Assembly: GCA_024275415.1 (NCBI GenBank)
Contig: JAJRZD010000043.1
Coordinates: 30,001 to 62,000 of the forward strand
DNA: 32,000 nucleotides
Direction: 5' to 3'
Source: an archaeon
GTDB lineage: Archaea; Asgardarchaeota; Thorarchaeia; Thorarchaeales; Thorarchaeaceae
Part shown: positions 1 through 9,216 of the stretch, in pieces
Layout: every line of letters starts with the position of its first letter
Position numbering within the stretch: the stretch's first letter is position 1
The notes under the pieces: generated by a model
What the model saw: the letters and a program-made list of their open reading frames with translations, nothing else
The model's database searches: none
Told to the model about the DNA's origin: nothing
Made by a program: the position numbers and the translations under genes

Positions 1-2
1 TG

Positions 3-578
3 GTCAACTGCACGAAGAGGGAATGCGTGCGTGAGAGTGAGTGGGCACGTCCGGTGAATCCGGAGTACGAGCGACTGACGAACATGGATTGGGCAGACAA
101 GATAGACAACAGCATTCTGAGGATCACAGGGATGGGAGCGCTCTTGATGGTCATCTTCGAGCTATTCTTCTTCCTTTCTATGCTTTATATCCAGTTCCTC
201 ACACCTTGGGGACTTTCCGATAATATCCCATATTGGTTCATTCGAGGCGACCAAGTCATTGTCCTAAGCATAGTAGGTAATTTCATCTCAGCCATGTTGC
301 TACAGACTGGGCTTCAAGTGTACATTCACGAACGGCAGCTAGGGGCTGGTCTCATGCTATTCGTAATACTGGTCATTGAGGTCGTCGTTCTCGTCTTCCG
401 GGGTCTCCAGTTCAATCTGCTGAATTTCCCGAATGGCATGTACCTTCTGTTCCTGCTGGGAGCCTTCGTCTTTGCATCATTTCTGGTCTTTGTCGGAGCC
501 CTTCTTGCAATCAGGATTGGCTGGAAGAAGCGGAAGCAACTTGAAAGAGCGATGGCTGAACTTGGACTGAGCAAATAA
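3..578 (+). CDS. Hypothetical polytopic membrane protein (about 4 TM), probably 5'-truncated by the window edge
   Basis: The frame is open from position 3 (VNCTKREC...) through the tracked ORF 27..578. Four long hydrophobic segments and a basic C-terminal tail (WKKRKQ). No family recognised. Confidence 0.75.
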   Translation, partial: VNCTKRECVRESEWARPVNPEYERLTNMDWADKIDNSILRITGMGALLMVIFELFFFLSMLYIQFLTPWGLSDNIPYWFIRGDQVIVLSIVGNFISAMLLQTGLQVYIHERQLGAGLMLFVILVIEVVVLVFRGLQFNLLNFPNGMYLLFLLGAFVFASFLVFVGALLAIRIGWKKRKQLERAMAELGLSK

Positions 579-579
579 A

Positions 580-594
580 GGAGAAAGCCTCTCC
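580..594. terminator. Short hairpin between convergent genes (GGAGA-AAGCC-TCTCC)
   Basis: 5-bp inverted repeat in the 17-nt gap between two convergent stop codons. Confidence 0.35.
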
Positions 595-595
595 C

Positions 596-2338
596 TTACT
601 CGATGTCAAAGAGATCGATGAATCGAAAACGCTCGACATCGACGAGTCCTTTGTCTGTTATCTTCAGTTTAGGGATGACGGGAAGGGAGAGGAACGCCAT
701 TGCCATGAAGGGCTCAGTAAGAGCAGTCCCAAGATCTTTTGCTGCCTCTTTCAGTTCAATAATCTTATCGCTCACCTCCTCCACAGACCTGTCGGACATC
801 AATCCAGCAATAGGCAAAGGCAACGAGGAAAGAACCTTTCCGTCCTTGACAATCGCAATCCCTCCTTGCATCCGGACAATCTGGATGACCGCCTCGATAA
901 TGTCCCTATCGTTCGTGCCTACGGCCACAATGTTATGGCTGTCATGAGCGATTGACGAAACCATAGCACCCTCCTTGATGCCCATGCCCTTCACAAAGCC
1001 AATCCCAGTGGGAGGTGTAGCATTGTGTCGCTCCACGATGACAATCTTGGATATGTCCCTGTCTATATCTGGCACGACGACACCATCATTCACCTTCACA
1101 TCCTCGATTAACCTCTCGGTAATCAACTGCTCGGGGACAACACCAATCACGTTCATTTGCTCGCCCTTTGGTTTGACCTTGAAATCGTCCAGTTCAAGCC
1201 AATGTATGTTCACCGAGCGGCGCAACCGAGGTTGCTCTTGCACTCCGAAATCAGTGACAAGCTTGCCATCCTTTGCTACAATGGTTCCCTGTTTGAAGAC
1301 AAGTTCGACATTGACTTTCTCCAGAGAATCCAGCACAACTAGGTCTGCATAGTACCCAGGCGCAACCGCACCAAGATACTGGATACCATAATGCCGTGCT
1401 GTAGAAAGAGAAGCCACCTTTATCGCAAGTACCGGATCCAGACCATAACCGATAGCCTCTCTGATGATACTATCCATATGTCCTTTCGTGATTAGGTCGA
1501 GTGTGTTCCGGTCATCCGTAACGAAACTACAGGAAAGGGCTGTGTCTGGAGTAATGAGTCCTACCAGATCCTTCAGGTTCTTGGCTGTGGATCCTTCACG
1601 GATATGGATGTGCATACCCACACCAAGCTTTTCCTTTGCTTCCTCAAGAGTGGTACACTCGTGCTCTGAGGTTATCCGTGCTGCTGCATAAGCGTTCAAC
1701 TCAGTGCTGGAGATATGAGGCGCGTGACCATCGACTCGTTTTCCCAACTTCAAAGAAACCTTGATCTTCTCAAGGATTTCGGGATCTTTGAAAATGACTC
1801 CCGGATAGTTCATCGCTTCTGCCAGTCCGAGAACATAGTGCTCGGTCATGAGAGGTTTGATGTCCAAGAAATCAAGAGTGACACCATTTGTTTCCATGTC
1901 AGTAGATGGAACACAAGATGGTAGCATGATATAGAATTCCAAAGGTCCCCCACGCATGCTCTTGCTCATGTACATGATGCCTTCCATACCCAGTACATTC
2001 GCAATCTCGTGAGGGTCTGCAATCACGGCACCAGTCCCATGTGGGACGACTGCTCGTGCATACTGGATTGGCATAACCATGGACGATTCCACATGAACGT
2101 GTCCATCGATGAAACTAGGAGCGACGTACTTGCCTTTCAAGTCATATACTTCGTTTCCAACATATTCTCCAATCCCCGCGATGAATCCTCGGTGAATGGC
2201 AACATCTCCTTGTACGACCTCGTTTGTGAACACATTGACCACATGGGCGTTCTTCAGGACTACATCAGCGCGTGTTCTACCAGACGCGACATCAATCATC
2301 TGTTCAAGGGGGTATTCTTCGCTCCGCGTTAGAAACAT
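596..2338 (-). CDS. ade: Adenine deaminase (AdeC type, amidohydrolase superfamily)
   Basis: Motifs DGHVHVESSM, ADPHEIANVLG, DGHAP, EHEC, IREGS, FVTDD and SIAHDSHN. Start placed at ATG 2338 (MFLTRSEE) because AAAGGAG lies just upstream; the track extends the ORF to 2443. Confidence 0.95.
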   Translation of the reverse strand: MFLTRSEEYPLEQMIDVASGRTRADVVLKNAHVVNVFTNEVVQGDVAIHRGFIAGIGEYVGNEVYDLKGKYVAPSFIDGHVHVESSMVMPIQYARAVVPHGTGAVIADPHEIANVLGMEGIMYMSKSMRGGPLEFYIMLPSCVPSTDMETNGVTLDFLDIKPLMTEHYVLGLAEAMNYPGVIFKDPEILEKIKVSLKLGKRVDGHAPHISSTELNAYAAARITSEHECTTLEEAKEKLGVGMHIHIREGSTAKNLKDLVGLITPDTALSCSFVTDDRNTLDLITKGHMDSIIREAIGYGLDPVLAIKVASLSTARHYGIQYLGAVAPGYYADLVVLDSLEKVNVELVFKQGTIVAKDGKLVTDFGVQEQPRLRRSVNIHWLELDDFKVKPKGEQMNVIGVVPEQLITERLIEDVKVNDGVVVPDIDRDISKIVIVERHNATPPTGIGFVKGMGIKEGAMVSSIAHDSHNIVAVGTNDRDIIEAVIQIVRMQGGIAIVKDGKVLSSLPLPIAGLMSDRSVEEVSDKIIELKEAAKDLGTALTEPFMAMAFLSLPVIPKLKITDKGLVDVERFRFIDLFDIE

Positions 2339-2686
2339 TCTTGGAGTCTCCTTTCCTAATGGATTAGGAGGAATCAATGAAAAGGATTTCCCATTGGCAT
2401 ACAATAGTATTTGCAGGAATGTGACCTGGAGTGGGCATCTCAAAGAATTCCCTCGCGTAGAGATGCAATCATGGATACGGCGTGAGGAGAACCACTACCA
2501 ACAACTATGCATTTCACTTCAGGTCTGTTGGAGGACTGGTTTCAGGTAGGATATTGTACCTCATTGAATAAACATAGGGGTTTTTGTGTTTGTGAGTGCA
2601 CCTTAGATGAAAGGTAGAAACGCTGAGTTTTTTACATGGTTTGAAGCATCCACGAGTCAATCTATAAATAGTATGGTGGATTAATT

Positions 2687-3307
2687 TTGGGTACTCGCAT
2701 TGCTTTTCCGAGAAAATACGATTCAAAGACCATATCGCTACTATCGATATTCCTTGCGATGGTGTTTGCACTGGAGGTATACCCCGTAGTTGGGATCATA
2801 GACATCCCGATCCCAGGAATCACTTTTACTATAGACTGGACTGGGATACCGCTTATCCTTCTATTCTATTTCTTCGGACCTTTCTTCTCACTTATCGGAG
2901 TGGGCGTGATCGGCATAGCGATCGGCTATCGGAAACCCATCAGTGCCGTCTTCAAGGTTCTTGCAGAATTCTACAAGATTCTGGGTATTACAGTGGTCTG
3001 GCTTGTTATCAGAAACAGAGAGGTTTCTTATGGAAGACGGGTTCTCTTGTACACGATAGTTGCCAGCATATTCTGTGCCGGAGGCATGTTCCTGTCCAAT
3101 ATCTATCTGCTCCAGCTTCTGTACGGAATGCCCGTTGATGCTGCAATAGTTGCATCTACTGTCCTTATCCCTTGGAACGTTCTTCAATCCATCATCAATG
3201 TTGCCAGTGGATCATTTCTGTTCAAAATCGTTCCCGATGACTTGAAACGGTCATTCTTGTGGGACGATAGTATGCAACAGGGCGAGCTAGAACTCGACCA
3301 AGAATGA
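2687..3307 (+). CDS. ECF transporter substrate-binding S component (substrate unknown)
   Basis: 206 aa, about 6 TM. Pattern SIFLAMVFALE...IP...IDWTGIP...GP, and C-terminal IPWNVLQSIIN typical of S components. TTG start. Confidence 0.75.
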   Translation: MGTRIAFPRKYDSKTISLLSIFLAMVFALEVYPVVGIIDIPIPGITFTIDWTGIPLILLFYFFGPFFSLIGVGVIGIAIGYRKPISAVFKVLAEFYKILGITVVWLVIRNREVSYGRRVLLYTIVASIFCAGGMFLSNIYLLQLLYGMPVDAAIVASTVLIPWNVLQSIINVASGSFLFKIVPDDLKRSFLWDDSMQQGELELDQE

Positions 3308-3321
3308 ACAAAAAGTGTTCA

Positions 3322-3343
3322 GAGGCGAGATTGCTCTCGCCTC
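3322..3343 (+). terminator. Stem-loop after the S-component gene (GAGGCGAGA-TTGC-TCTCGCCTC)
   Basis: Perfect 9-bp inverted repeat with a 4-nt loop, 14 nt after the stop codon. Confidence 0.65.
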
Positions 3344-3600
3344 AGTTCCTAGGGCTAGCATCTATCAACTGACAATGAGTTCCACTCGCGATATTGAGCA
3401 ACGCTCATCCCGCAACTCTTTCAGTTGGCCACGATTCCCACGAATCAACCCATGAATAATATGACGCTACAATTCCTTATAAACTATTGCCAAATTTGGG
3501 TTAACTACTATCCATAAAAACGACTATAACTAACGAATTTATCCATTATTTATACAGGTATGCAAATATTGCCTAAACTAGGTTAATTTATATTGGGGGA

Positions 3601-4146
3601 ATGCATAACAAGATTGCACGCACTCGTCGAATGAGGAGTTCATACATGAAGAACAACACCCGTATCCGGGTATCCAAGCAACCACTCGTCTTGAGATATC
3701 CCTCTGACCAGGAAGCCACTATCTGGTTGAAACGTAGACAGGGGACTCCCCCTTCAGTAATCGCAGATGACCTTGGAGTCACAAGAGCTTACGTTAGCAA
3801 GTCCCTCCGCAAGGCCGAGAAGAAAATCGGATCTCTATTAGAGCACGCAGCAGCTATTAACAGAATCAAACTTCATCATATCAGCTCCAAGCACGGCATG
3901 GCAGTAGGGTACTGTGCAGCGTACAAGTCCGAAACGGTAATCACCTATTCGCCCAATCTCGGTATTCAAGTATGGTTCGAGCACAGGGGTGATTGTAGCA
4001 GTTGTGCAGACATTGACCAATGCACGGCTCTCATCGCCAGTCTTTCCACTGAATGGAATGTGCCCATCATAAGGAACGCACCGGCCCTAGTCCTCGTCAA
4101 TGACTTGTTGAACACAATCATGAAACGGTTGGAGTGGAGAAACTAG
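3601..4146 (+). CDS. HTH DNA-binding protein (Tfx/sigma70-region-4-like) with C-terminal H-x3-CxxC-x5-C motif
   Basis: HTH-like segment PSVIADDLGVTRAYVSKSLRKAEKKI; HRGDCSSCADIDQC near the C-terminus; AT-rich promoter region upstream. The start codon is uncertain (3601 or a downstream ATG). Confidence 0.75.
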   Translation: MHNKIARTRRMRSSYMKNNTRIRVSKQPLVLRYPSDQEATIWLKRRQGTPPSVIADDLGVTRAYVSKSLRKAEKKIGSLLEHAAAINRIKLHHISSKHGMAVGYCAAYKSETVITYSPNLGIQVWFEHRGDCSSCADIDQCTALIASLSTEWNVPIIRNAPALVLVNDLLNTIMKRLEWRN

Positions 4147-4734
4147 CTAGAGTCCAAGGGATGTCAGTGTCGAGTCCATGGAAGATGCAGCCCAAGTTCC
4201 TACATGGATCCATCTCAGGAAGCCATCTGGATCTATGATTATGAGAGTTGGGACGTACTCCAAATCCAAAAAAGACGAGAAACCCCCATCATTCTCTACA
4301 CCACTGTCCCAGTCATAACCGTGTTCTTGCTTGTAGGCAGCCATAACAGCTGGGGTTTCGGATACATCCACACTGAGGGAAATAATCTTGATTCCCGTTG
4401 TTCGGGTATCCTGAAGAGATTGAAGATTGATGATCTGGGCTTCACAAGCAGAACACCATGTGGCCATAAGTTCAATCAGTAACACTTGACCTCTAAGGTC
4501 ATATAACCCGACAACTGTGTCATTTGTCAGAGTCATGTTCAAGTTTGGCATCTCGATATTCTGTCCAAGTAGGTCAGTGTCTTCCACAAGAGAGGGTGCA
4601 CCGTTTCCTACATTGTTCAGATAAACGACCCCTAACATGATTCCAGTCACGACCATACTGATGACAATGAGAACTATTGCATAGACTTTGAATCTAATCA
4701 CGACCACATCCGCTTGGGAATAATTGCCGTACAC
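4147..4734 (-). CDS. Membrane-anchored TlpA/ResA-like thiol-disulfide oxidoreductase (redoxin)
   Basis: N-terminal TM helix, active site MATWCSAC, IISLSVD, and YVPTLIIIDPDG (cis-Pro loop). Confidence 0.9.
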   Translation of the reverse strand: MYGNYSQADVVVIRFKVYAIVLIVISMVVTGIMLGVVYLNNVGNGAPSLVEDTDLLGQNIEMPNLNMTLTNDTVVGLYDLRGQVLLIELMATWCSACEAQIINLQSLQDTRTTGIKIISLSVDVSETPAVMAAYKQEHGYDWDSGVENDGGFSSFLDLEYVPTLIIIDPDGFLRWIHVGTWAASSMDSTLTSLGL

Positions 4735-4840
4735 ATGTCGCTAGTGGATATGCTGTGCTATCTCGAAGAGACAATTGGTACTTCAAGACTCTCGTCCGGA
4801 TCTTGATATAAGAATTGAGAAAGGAACTTTTTTCTCGGGA

Positions 4841-5494
4841 TCACATGACTGCTTGATGGAGGCGTGACGATGATGTAGAAGAGCTCGCCTTCTCTAATGA
4901 GTGGTGGATGCTCCGCCAGGGAGCACTCAGGAAGATGACCTTATGTGGACGACTCTTCCTGTCAACCGCAACGAATCCTTTCTGCATCAAAGACTTTGTG
5001 TGCTTCCTGACATCAGCAGTTTTGAACCCAGAAGCCTTGGCCAACTCATTGTAGGATCCCCGTCCGAGAGAACGAAGGGTTTCAAGGAGCTTGAACTCTG
5101 GGATGGCGAGAAGCGTCTTCCGAAGACGGTCATTCTCTCTCCGTATCATCCCCTCATCACCTGATGTCACCACAGCCAAAGATGACCGCAGGTCATTTAT
5201 CTCCTCTAACAATGCTTGACGCTCAGATTCGAAACGCCCGAATATTCCTCGTGACTCATGAACCAGTTCGGCGCTGAGATCAGTACTAAGTCCATCCAAT
5301 GCCTCTTGAGATGCAACACATGCTTCTCTAATGATCCCAACCATGTCACTGGGCTCAATCCACTGCCCATTGATGAGAGACTCGATTTGAGTGAAGTAAT
5401 TCTCCAAACGCTTAGCCCATGTGTTTCGTACATCCTGAAAGACGCCTGCAAGTTTCAACGTCAGACGTGCTGCATTATCTTCTGGACTTTTCAT
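4841..5494 (-). CDS. Helical/coiled-coil protein with C-terminal winged-helix domain (putative regulator)
   Basis: Heptad-rich middle (ERQALLEEINDLRSSL, ENDRLRKTL). wHTH-like LLETLRSLGRGSYNELAKASG...VRKHTKSLMQKGFV. Confidence 0.7.
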   Translation of the reverse strand: MKSPEDNAARLTLKLAGVFQDVRNTWAKRLENYFTQIESLINGQWIEPSDMVGIIREACVASQEALDGLSTDLSAELVHESRGIFGRFESERQALLEEINDLRSSLAVVTSGDEGMIRRENDRLRKTLLAIPEFKLLETLRSLGRGSYNELAKASGFKTADVRKHTKSLMQKGFVAVDRKSRPHKVIFLSAPWRSIHHSLEKASSSTSSSRLHQAVM

Positions 5495-5557
5495 CTCGAC
5501 TCGACCTTCATGTATCGAACGAGCAAATGAGAGCGAGTGTTTCCCTCGTATGACACA

Positions 5558-6103
5558 CTAGAAGTATATAACACGGGTCTTCTCGATATGACTCCATGGA
5601 TACGGCGCCTGCACTGTACGTAGCATCCGCTGAATCAACTCATAGATTCCCCTAGGGTTCTCGATAGAGTAAAAGATGATAGCAGGCTCGTCCTCGCCAT
5701 TCGCAAAGATTTGGATATCCCCCTGATTGACGATACGGTCTTGGATGTTAGCAATTATCCGGACATCCGAGATGTCATCATAGAATACTCTTGTTGTTCG
5801 TTTTTTCAGATAGCCCTTGCGAACCCTCACGTTCCACGATGTGATGATGTAAAGCGTGTAGCGTCTCTTGACCTCTCGCCAGATGATGGTTCCAATACCA
5901 GCTGCCATCGCACATATCCCTGCAATCCACGCAACAAGGCTGAACTCGACGAATTGAACCGAACTGGCAATCATGAAGACCCAACCAACGATGAAAACTA
6001 TGAAGCCAAAAACATAGAAGACCAGACTTGAGATACGTTTTGGATGGAATTTAGCAATCAGAATCTCGTGTTGTATGTCATCAACAGTGGGATCATCGTT
6101 CAT
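5558..6103 (-). CDS. Membrane protein with bacterial PH (bPH_2, YdbS-like) domain
   Basis: Two TM helices followed by YIITSWNVRVRKGYLKKRTTRVFYDDISDVRI...RIVNQGDIQI, the bPH_2 pattern. Confidence 0.85.
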   Translation of the reverse strand: MNDDPTVDDIQHEILIAKFHPKRISSLVFYVFGFIVFIVGWVFMIASSVQFVEFSLVAWIAGICAMAAGIGTIIWREVKRRYTLYIITSWNVRVRKGYLKKRTTRVFYDDISDVRIIANIQDRIVNQGDIQIFANGEDEPAIIFYSIENPRGIYELIQRMLRTVQAPYPWSHIEKTRVIYF

Positions 6104-6221
6104 TCAATCATCTCCATTATCCCATTCGGACTCCTTCCTGCGTGAGTCTTAATGATACAAGAAAAGTCCCTGATTTTACCTTTTCCCTTTGTCAGATAGA
6201 GTACTCGATTCACAATCTTTT

Positions 6222-6281
6222 TATATAGTATGTGGTACATACTATATATGTCGTGACACGATATATATCGTTAAACGATAT
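6222..6281. promoter_or_regulatory. Divergent promoter covered by three overlapping palindromes (putative PadR operators)
   Basis: TATATAGTATGT-GGT-ACATACTATATA (6222-6248, perfect 12-3-12); ATATATGTCGTG-A-CACGATATATAT (6244-6268, one mismatch); ATATCGTT-A-AACGATAT (6265-6281, perfect 8-1-8). TATA-like TTTTTATATA overlaps the first. Confidence 0.7.
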
Positions 6282-6283
6282 TA

Positions 6284-6670
6284 GTGGTTGTGATGATAAT
6301 GGCCAAGGAGAACCAGAACCCTGAACTTGAGTACCAGAAGTGGAAACTTGAGGTACGAAGGGGAGCGTTGTCTTTGGCCATACTTGCAGTAATTTCTGCT
6401 GGACAGTCATATGGCTATGACATAATGAAGAAGCTTAGTGAAGGACATCTCAAGGCACTACAGGTAGAACCCAGCACCACATACCCATTGTTACGGCGTT
6501 TAGAGAAAAGGGGGATGCTTGAAGGGCATTCTGTAGAGTACGAGGGCAGGATGCGTCGGCACTACTACATCACCCGTGAAGGACGCGAATATTTAGACAG
6601 GATGGTTGAGTCATGGAAGGACTTGAACAATCAAATAGTACTTCTCCTAAAGGAGGCGGAGTTGATATGA
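6284..6670 (+). CDS. PadR-family transcriptional regulator
   Basis: RRGALSLAILAVIS...SYGYDIMKKL...VEPSTTYPLLRRLEKRG...RRHYYITREGREYL...W. The start could be GTG 6284 or ATG 6293/6299. Confidence 0.95.
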   Translation: MVVMIMAKENQNPELEYQKWKLEVRRGALSLAILAVISAGQSYGYDIMKKLSEGHLKALQVEPSTTYPLLRRLEKRGMLEGHSVEYEGRMRRHYYITREGREYLDRMVESWKDLNNQIVLLLKEAELI

Positions 6671-9126
6671 TCGAAGATGCGCTGAACGTGATCGAGAACT
6701 ACCTTACACTAGTAAGGAAGCACTTGCCCGAGAAGATTGCCATTGAGGTCATTGATGAGCTACGTTCGTATGTCATCGAGGCAGCAGAGGAAGAAGGTGG
6801 CGGGGTTCTTACCGTGGATAGCGCAAAACGAACCGTGTCCAGATTTGGTGCTCCTTCCGAGGTCGCAGAAGAGTACATCCATTCCATGATCATTGAGGAA
6901 GATGAACCTATCATGGGCTCGGTAGAAGAAGAAAGCCCTCCTGACAGTACCAGAATAGAACCGGAACCTGTGAGCAACTTAGTAGCATATGGCAAATTCC
7001 TGTTCACCGCAACAATATGGATATTGCTCACATCCATACCTACATTGCTGCTGACCGGAATCATCATAGCTCTCTTTTTGTCCGTGACCGCAATAATCGG
7101 TTTCTTTTTGCTTCTATACAACTGGCGTATAGGAAAATCGGTTACCAAGAGCCATTTTGATGAGTGGCCTCTACTTCAGCGCCTAGTCGCTATCCCTAGA
7201 GGGTTCATCCCAGAATTAGGCAAGAGAAGCATGGTACTTGAGGGCATACTAACAATTCAAGCTCTGATTCTCTTCATCATTACCCCATCCTTTTGGCTTA
7301 CTGTCCCATTCCTCGTATTGCGTCTTGGGATGCTTGTGAAAAGAATGGGAAATATGAACCCGTCAACATACGCATGGGTCGATGCCGTGCTGGAATTTCT
7401 GGGCGCACTGACGATTAACATAGGGTTCTTCTGGGCAGTGCATACTTACTATGGTGAGTATTACTGGTACTCTGTGTTCACGCCTTTCACAATGATTACT
7501 GCAATCTACTTTGTGATCTATTTGAATATCAGACTGGTCAGTCTGACACCAGAATTATGGGTCACGAACGATCGAGGTTATCCATCAGGCCGTGATGTTC
7601 CAACCTCGTACAGTAAAACAACATTCAAAGGGTTCATCTTAGGTGTATTCTGGTCACTCATGATTCCCTTGTTCACCATTCCTTTATTCGCATTGAGTGT
7701 TCCAGAAAGCGGTTATTTTGTGAACATCTATCTTGTATTATTGCTTATGTTCCAAATACCAGGAATAATAGCGATGAATATTGGGAACGCTATCAGAGCC
7801 TACAAGAAAGGAATCACATGGTGGGACATCAGCAAGCCCTCGTGGTCGCGCATCAGGAGGCTTCTTTCCTTTCCAAAGGGTGTCTTCATGGAACAATCGT
7901 CAGCCAGTCTACGACTGGACATGTCCGTAACATCATTGTTTATGGCAATGTCGGTCATCACCATCTTCAGGTTCTCATACGTTTTAGATCTCATCGTTGC
8001 ATTGGGTCTCTTTATAATATCATTAGGTATCCGCTTGGTCTTTCTTGACGAGCGATGGAAGAATCAACTTGCAAGGAAACACGACAAGGGAGAATATATC
8101 TCCACAATTTTTGCTTTGGTAGCAGGTTGTCTTCTAACCGCTATTGTCGGGTACACTGGTGTGATATGGGGAAGCAAACCCGGATTTATTCCCTACATGT
8201 GGCAACTTTTTCTCCCAGCTTGGGGGATATTCAGCACCTATCTCCTTTATAGTACAGTGGCTAGGGGTTCGACCCTTTGGAGTGAGAAGGCAGTTTCAGA
8301 ACCAACACCCTCAGAAACTACCGACACGGAACTCAGTGCGGAGAGGGTCGAACCCGATTTTAAGAAGAAAGTTGATGAAAAATTCAGACAGATACTAGTA
8401 GAGGTGCTGATGTGGAGTGTGGGTATTACAGTCCTCATCATCACCCTCCTCCTCGCTGGCTCGGAAGATGCAATCTCAATCCCGTTCTTAGTGGTCATGA
8501 CGTATACCTTGATATTCCTCACGCTTATTGCTCTGTCCGGAGAGATCCCAGCTATCATATATTATGCATGGAAGAAAAGACATGTCATCTCAACAAGTCA
8601 CCCATCGGCGATAGGGAAACGTAATAGAAAAGAAGCAATCGTGGATATGGTAGGCACCCTGTACTTGGTATTTATAATCACCGTGAATTCAGAAGTCATC
8701 AGCAGAGTTGTGGACAGATACATCAGTATCAGTTTCCTAGAAGGGTTCATCTCTTGGACGTTCAGGATACTATTTTGGACATTCATCATCTCAGCCTTAG
8801 TGTTCAGACTAGCAGCAGATGTAGCTAGCATCGTTGATGCTAAAGAACATAGTATGTACACGACACTGAAAACCAGCGCTGTTTTAGCGGTAATCACAAT
8901 TGGGCTCGTAATTGGGATATCGTTGCAATCCGGAATGGGCACGATTCTTGAAGGCAATCTCTTGGGATTCACAGGCGTCCTTATTGTGTTGTGTGCTTTG
9001 ATGATTTTACAAGCTGTAGTCACCAAGCACAAAATTATAGAGTTGGCTGAACATCAAGCGGAAGAGCGAGAACATGTGACTGTTGATGACCATGAATTGA
9101 AAGAAGTTGAGATTCCAACTAACTGA
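6667..9126 (+). CDS. Large polytopic membrane protein with N-terminal HAAS-like domain and three internal membrane repeats
   Basis: ATGA overlap with the PadR stop places the start at 6667. N-terminus YLTLVRKHLP...IDELRSYVIE...RFGAPSEVAEEY matches the PadR-associated HAAS/DUF1700-like pattern. Many TM helices follow. Confidence 0.8.
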   Translation: MIEDALNVIENYLTLVRKHLPEKIAIEVIDELRSYVIEAAEEEGGGVLTVDSAKRTVSRFGAPSEVAEEYIHSMIIEEDEPIMGSVEEESPPDSTRIEPEPVSNLVAYGKFLFTATIWILLTSIPTLLLTGIIIALFLSVTAIIGFFLLLYNWRIGKSVTKSHFDEWPLLQRLVAIPRGFIPELGKRSMVLEGILTIQALILFIITPSFWLTVPFLVLRLGMLVKRMGNMNPSTYAWVDAVLEFLGALTINIGFFWAVHTYYGEYYWYSVFTPFTMITAIYFVIYLNIRLVSLTPELWVTNDRGYPSGRDVPTSYSKTTFKGFILGVFWSLMIPLFTIPLFALSVPESGYFVNIYLVLLLMFQIPGIIAMNIGNAIRAYKKGITWWDISKPSWSRIRRLLSFPKGVFMEQSSASLRLDMSVTSLFMAMSVITIFRFSYVLDLIVALGLFIISLGIRLVFLDERWKNQLARKHDKGEYISTIFALVAGCLLTAIVGYTGVIWGSKPGFIPYMWQLFLPAWGIFSTYLLYSTVARGSTLWSEKAVSEPTPSETTDTELSAERVEPDFKKKVDEKFRQILVEVLMWSVGITVLIITLLLAGSEDAISIPFLVVMTYTLIFLTLIALSGEIPAIIYYAWKKRHVISTSHPSAIGKRNRKEAIVDMVGTLYLVFIITVNSEVISRVVDRYISISFLEGFISWTFRILFWTFIISALVFRLAADVASIVDAKEHSMYTTLKTSAVLAVITIGLVIGISLQSGMGTILEGNLLGFTGVLIVLCALMILQAVVTKHKIIELAEHQAEEREHVTVDDHELKEVEIPTN

Positions 9127-9216
9127 GCTGAGCGGTACACTATTGCGTCGTTCAGTAGACACTTTTATTATCAGAGTCCATCATTTAATAGACGACCTAG
9201 GTAGGAGCCAAAGCAA

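Noticed and set aside
2440-2540. Minus-strand peptide fragment ...EVKCIVVGSGSPHAVSMIASLREGIL resembling a Rossmann start
   Set aside because: About 30 codons bounded by stops, with no start codon or SD; indistinguishable from chance.
2339-2686. Possible riboswitch (purine, FMN, TPP, preQ1) between ade and the ECF S component
   Set aside because: No conserved aptamer core was recognisable on either strand. An Infernal/Rfam scan would be needed to exclude divergent forms.
3364-3470. Minus-strand fragment LIRGNRGQLKELRDERCSISRVELIVS, vaguely like a NikR/ACT C-terminus
   Set aside because: Too short, preceded by an in-frame stop, and the similarity is only impressionistic.
6613-6666. 5' extension of the HAAS ORF given by the track
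   Set aside because: It lies inside PadR. The ATGA overlap at 6667 and the HAAS-like N-terminus favour the later start.
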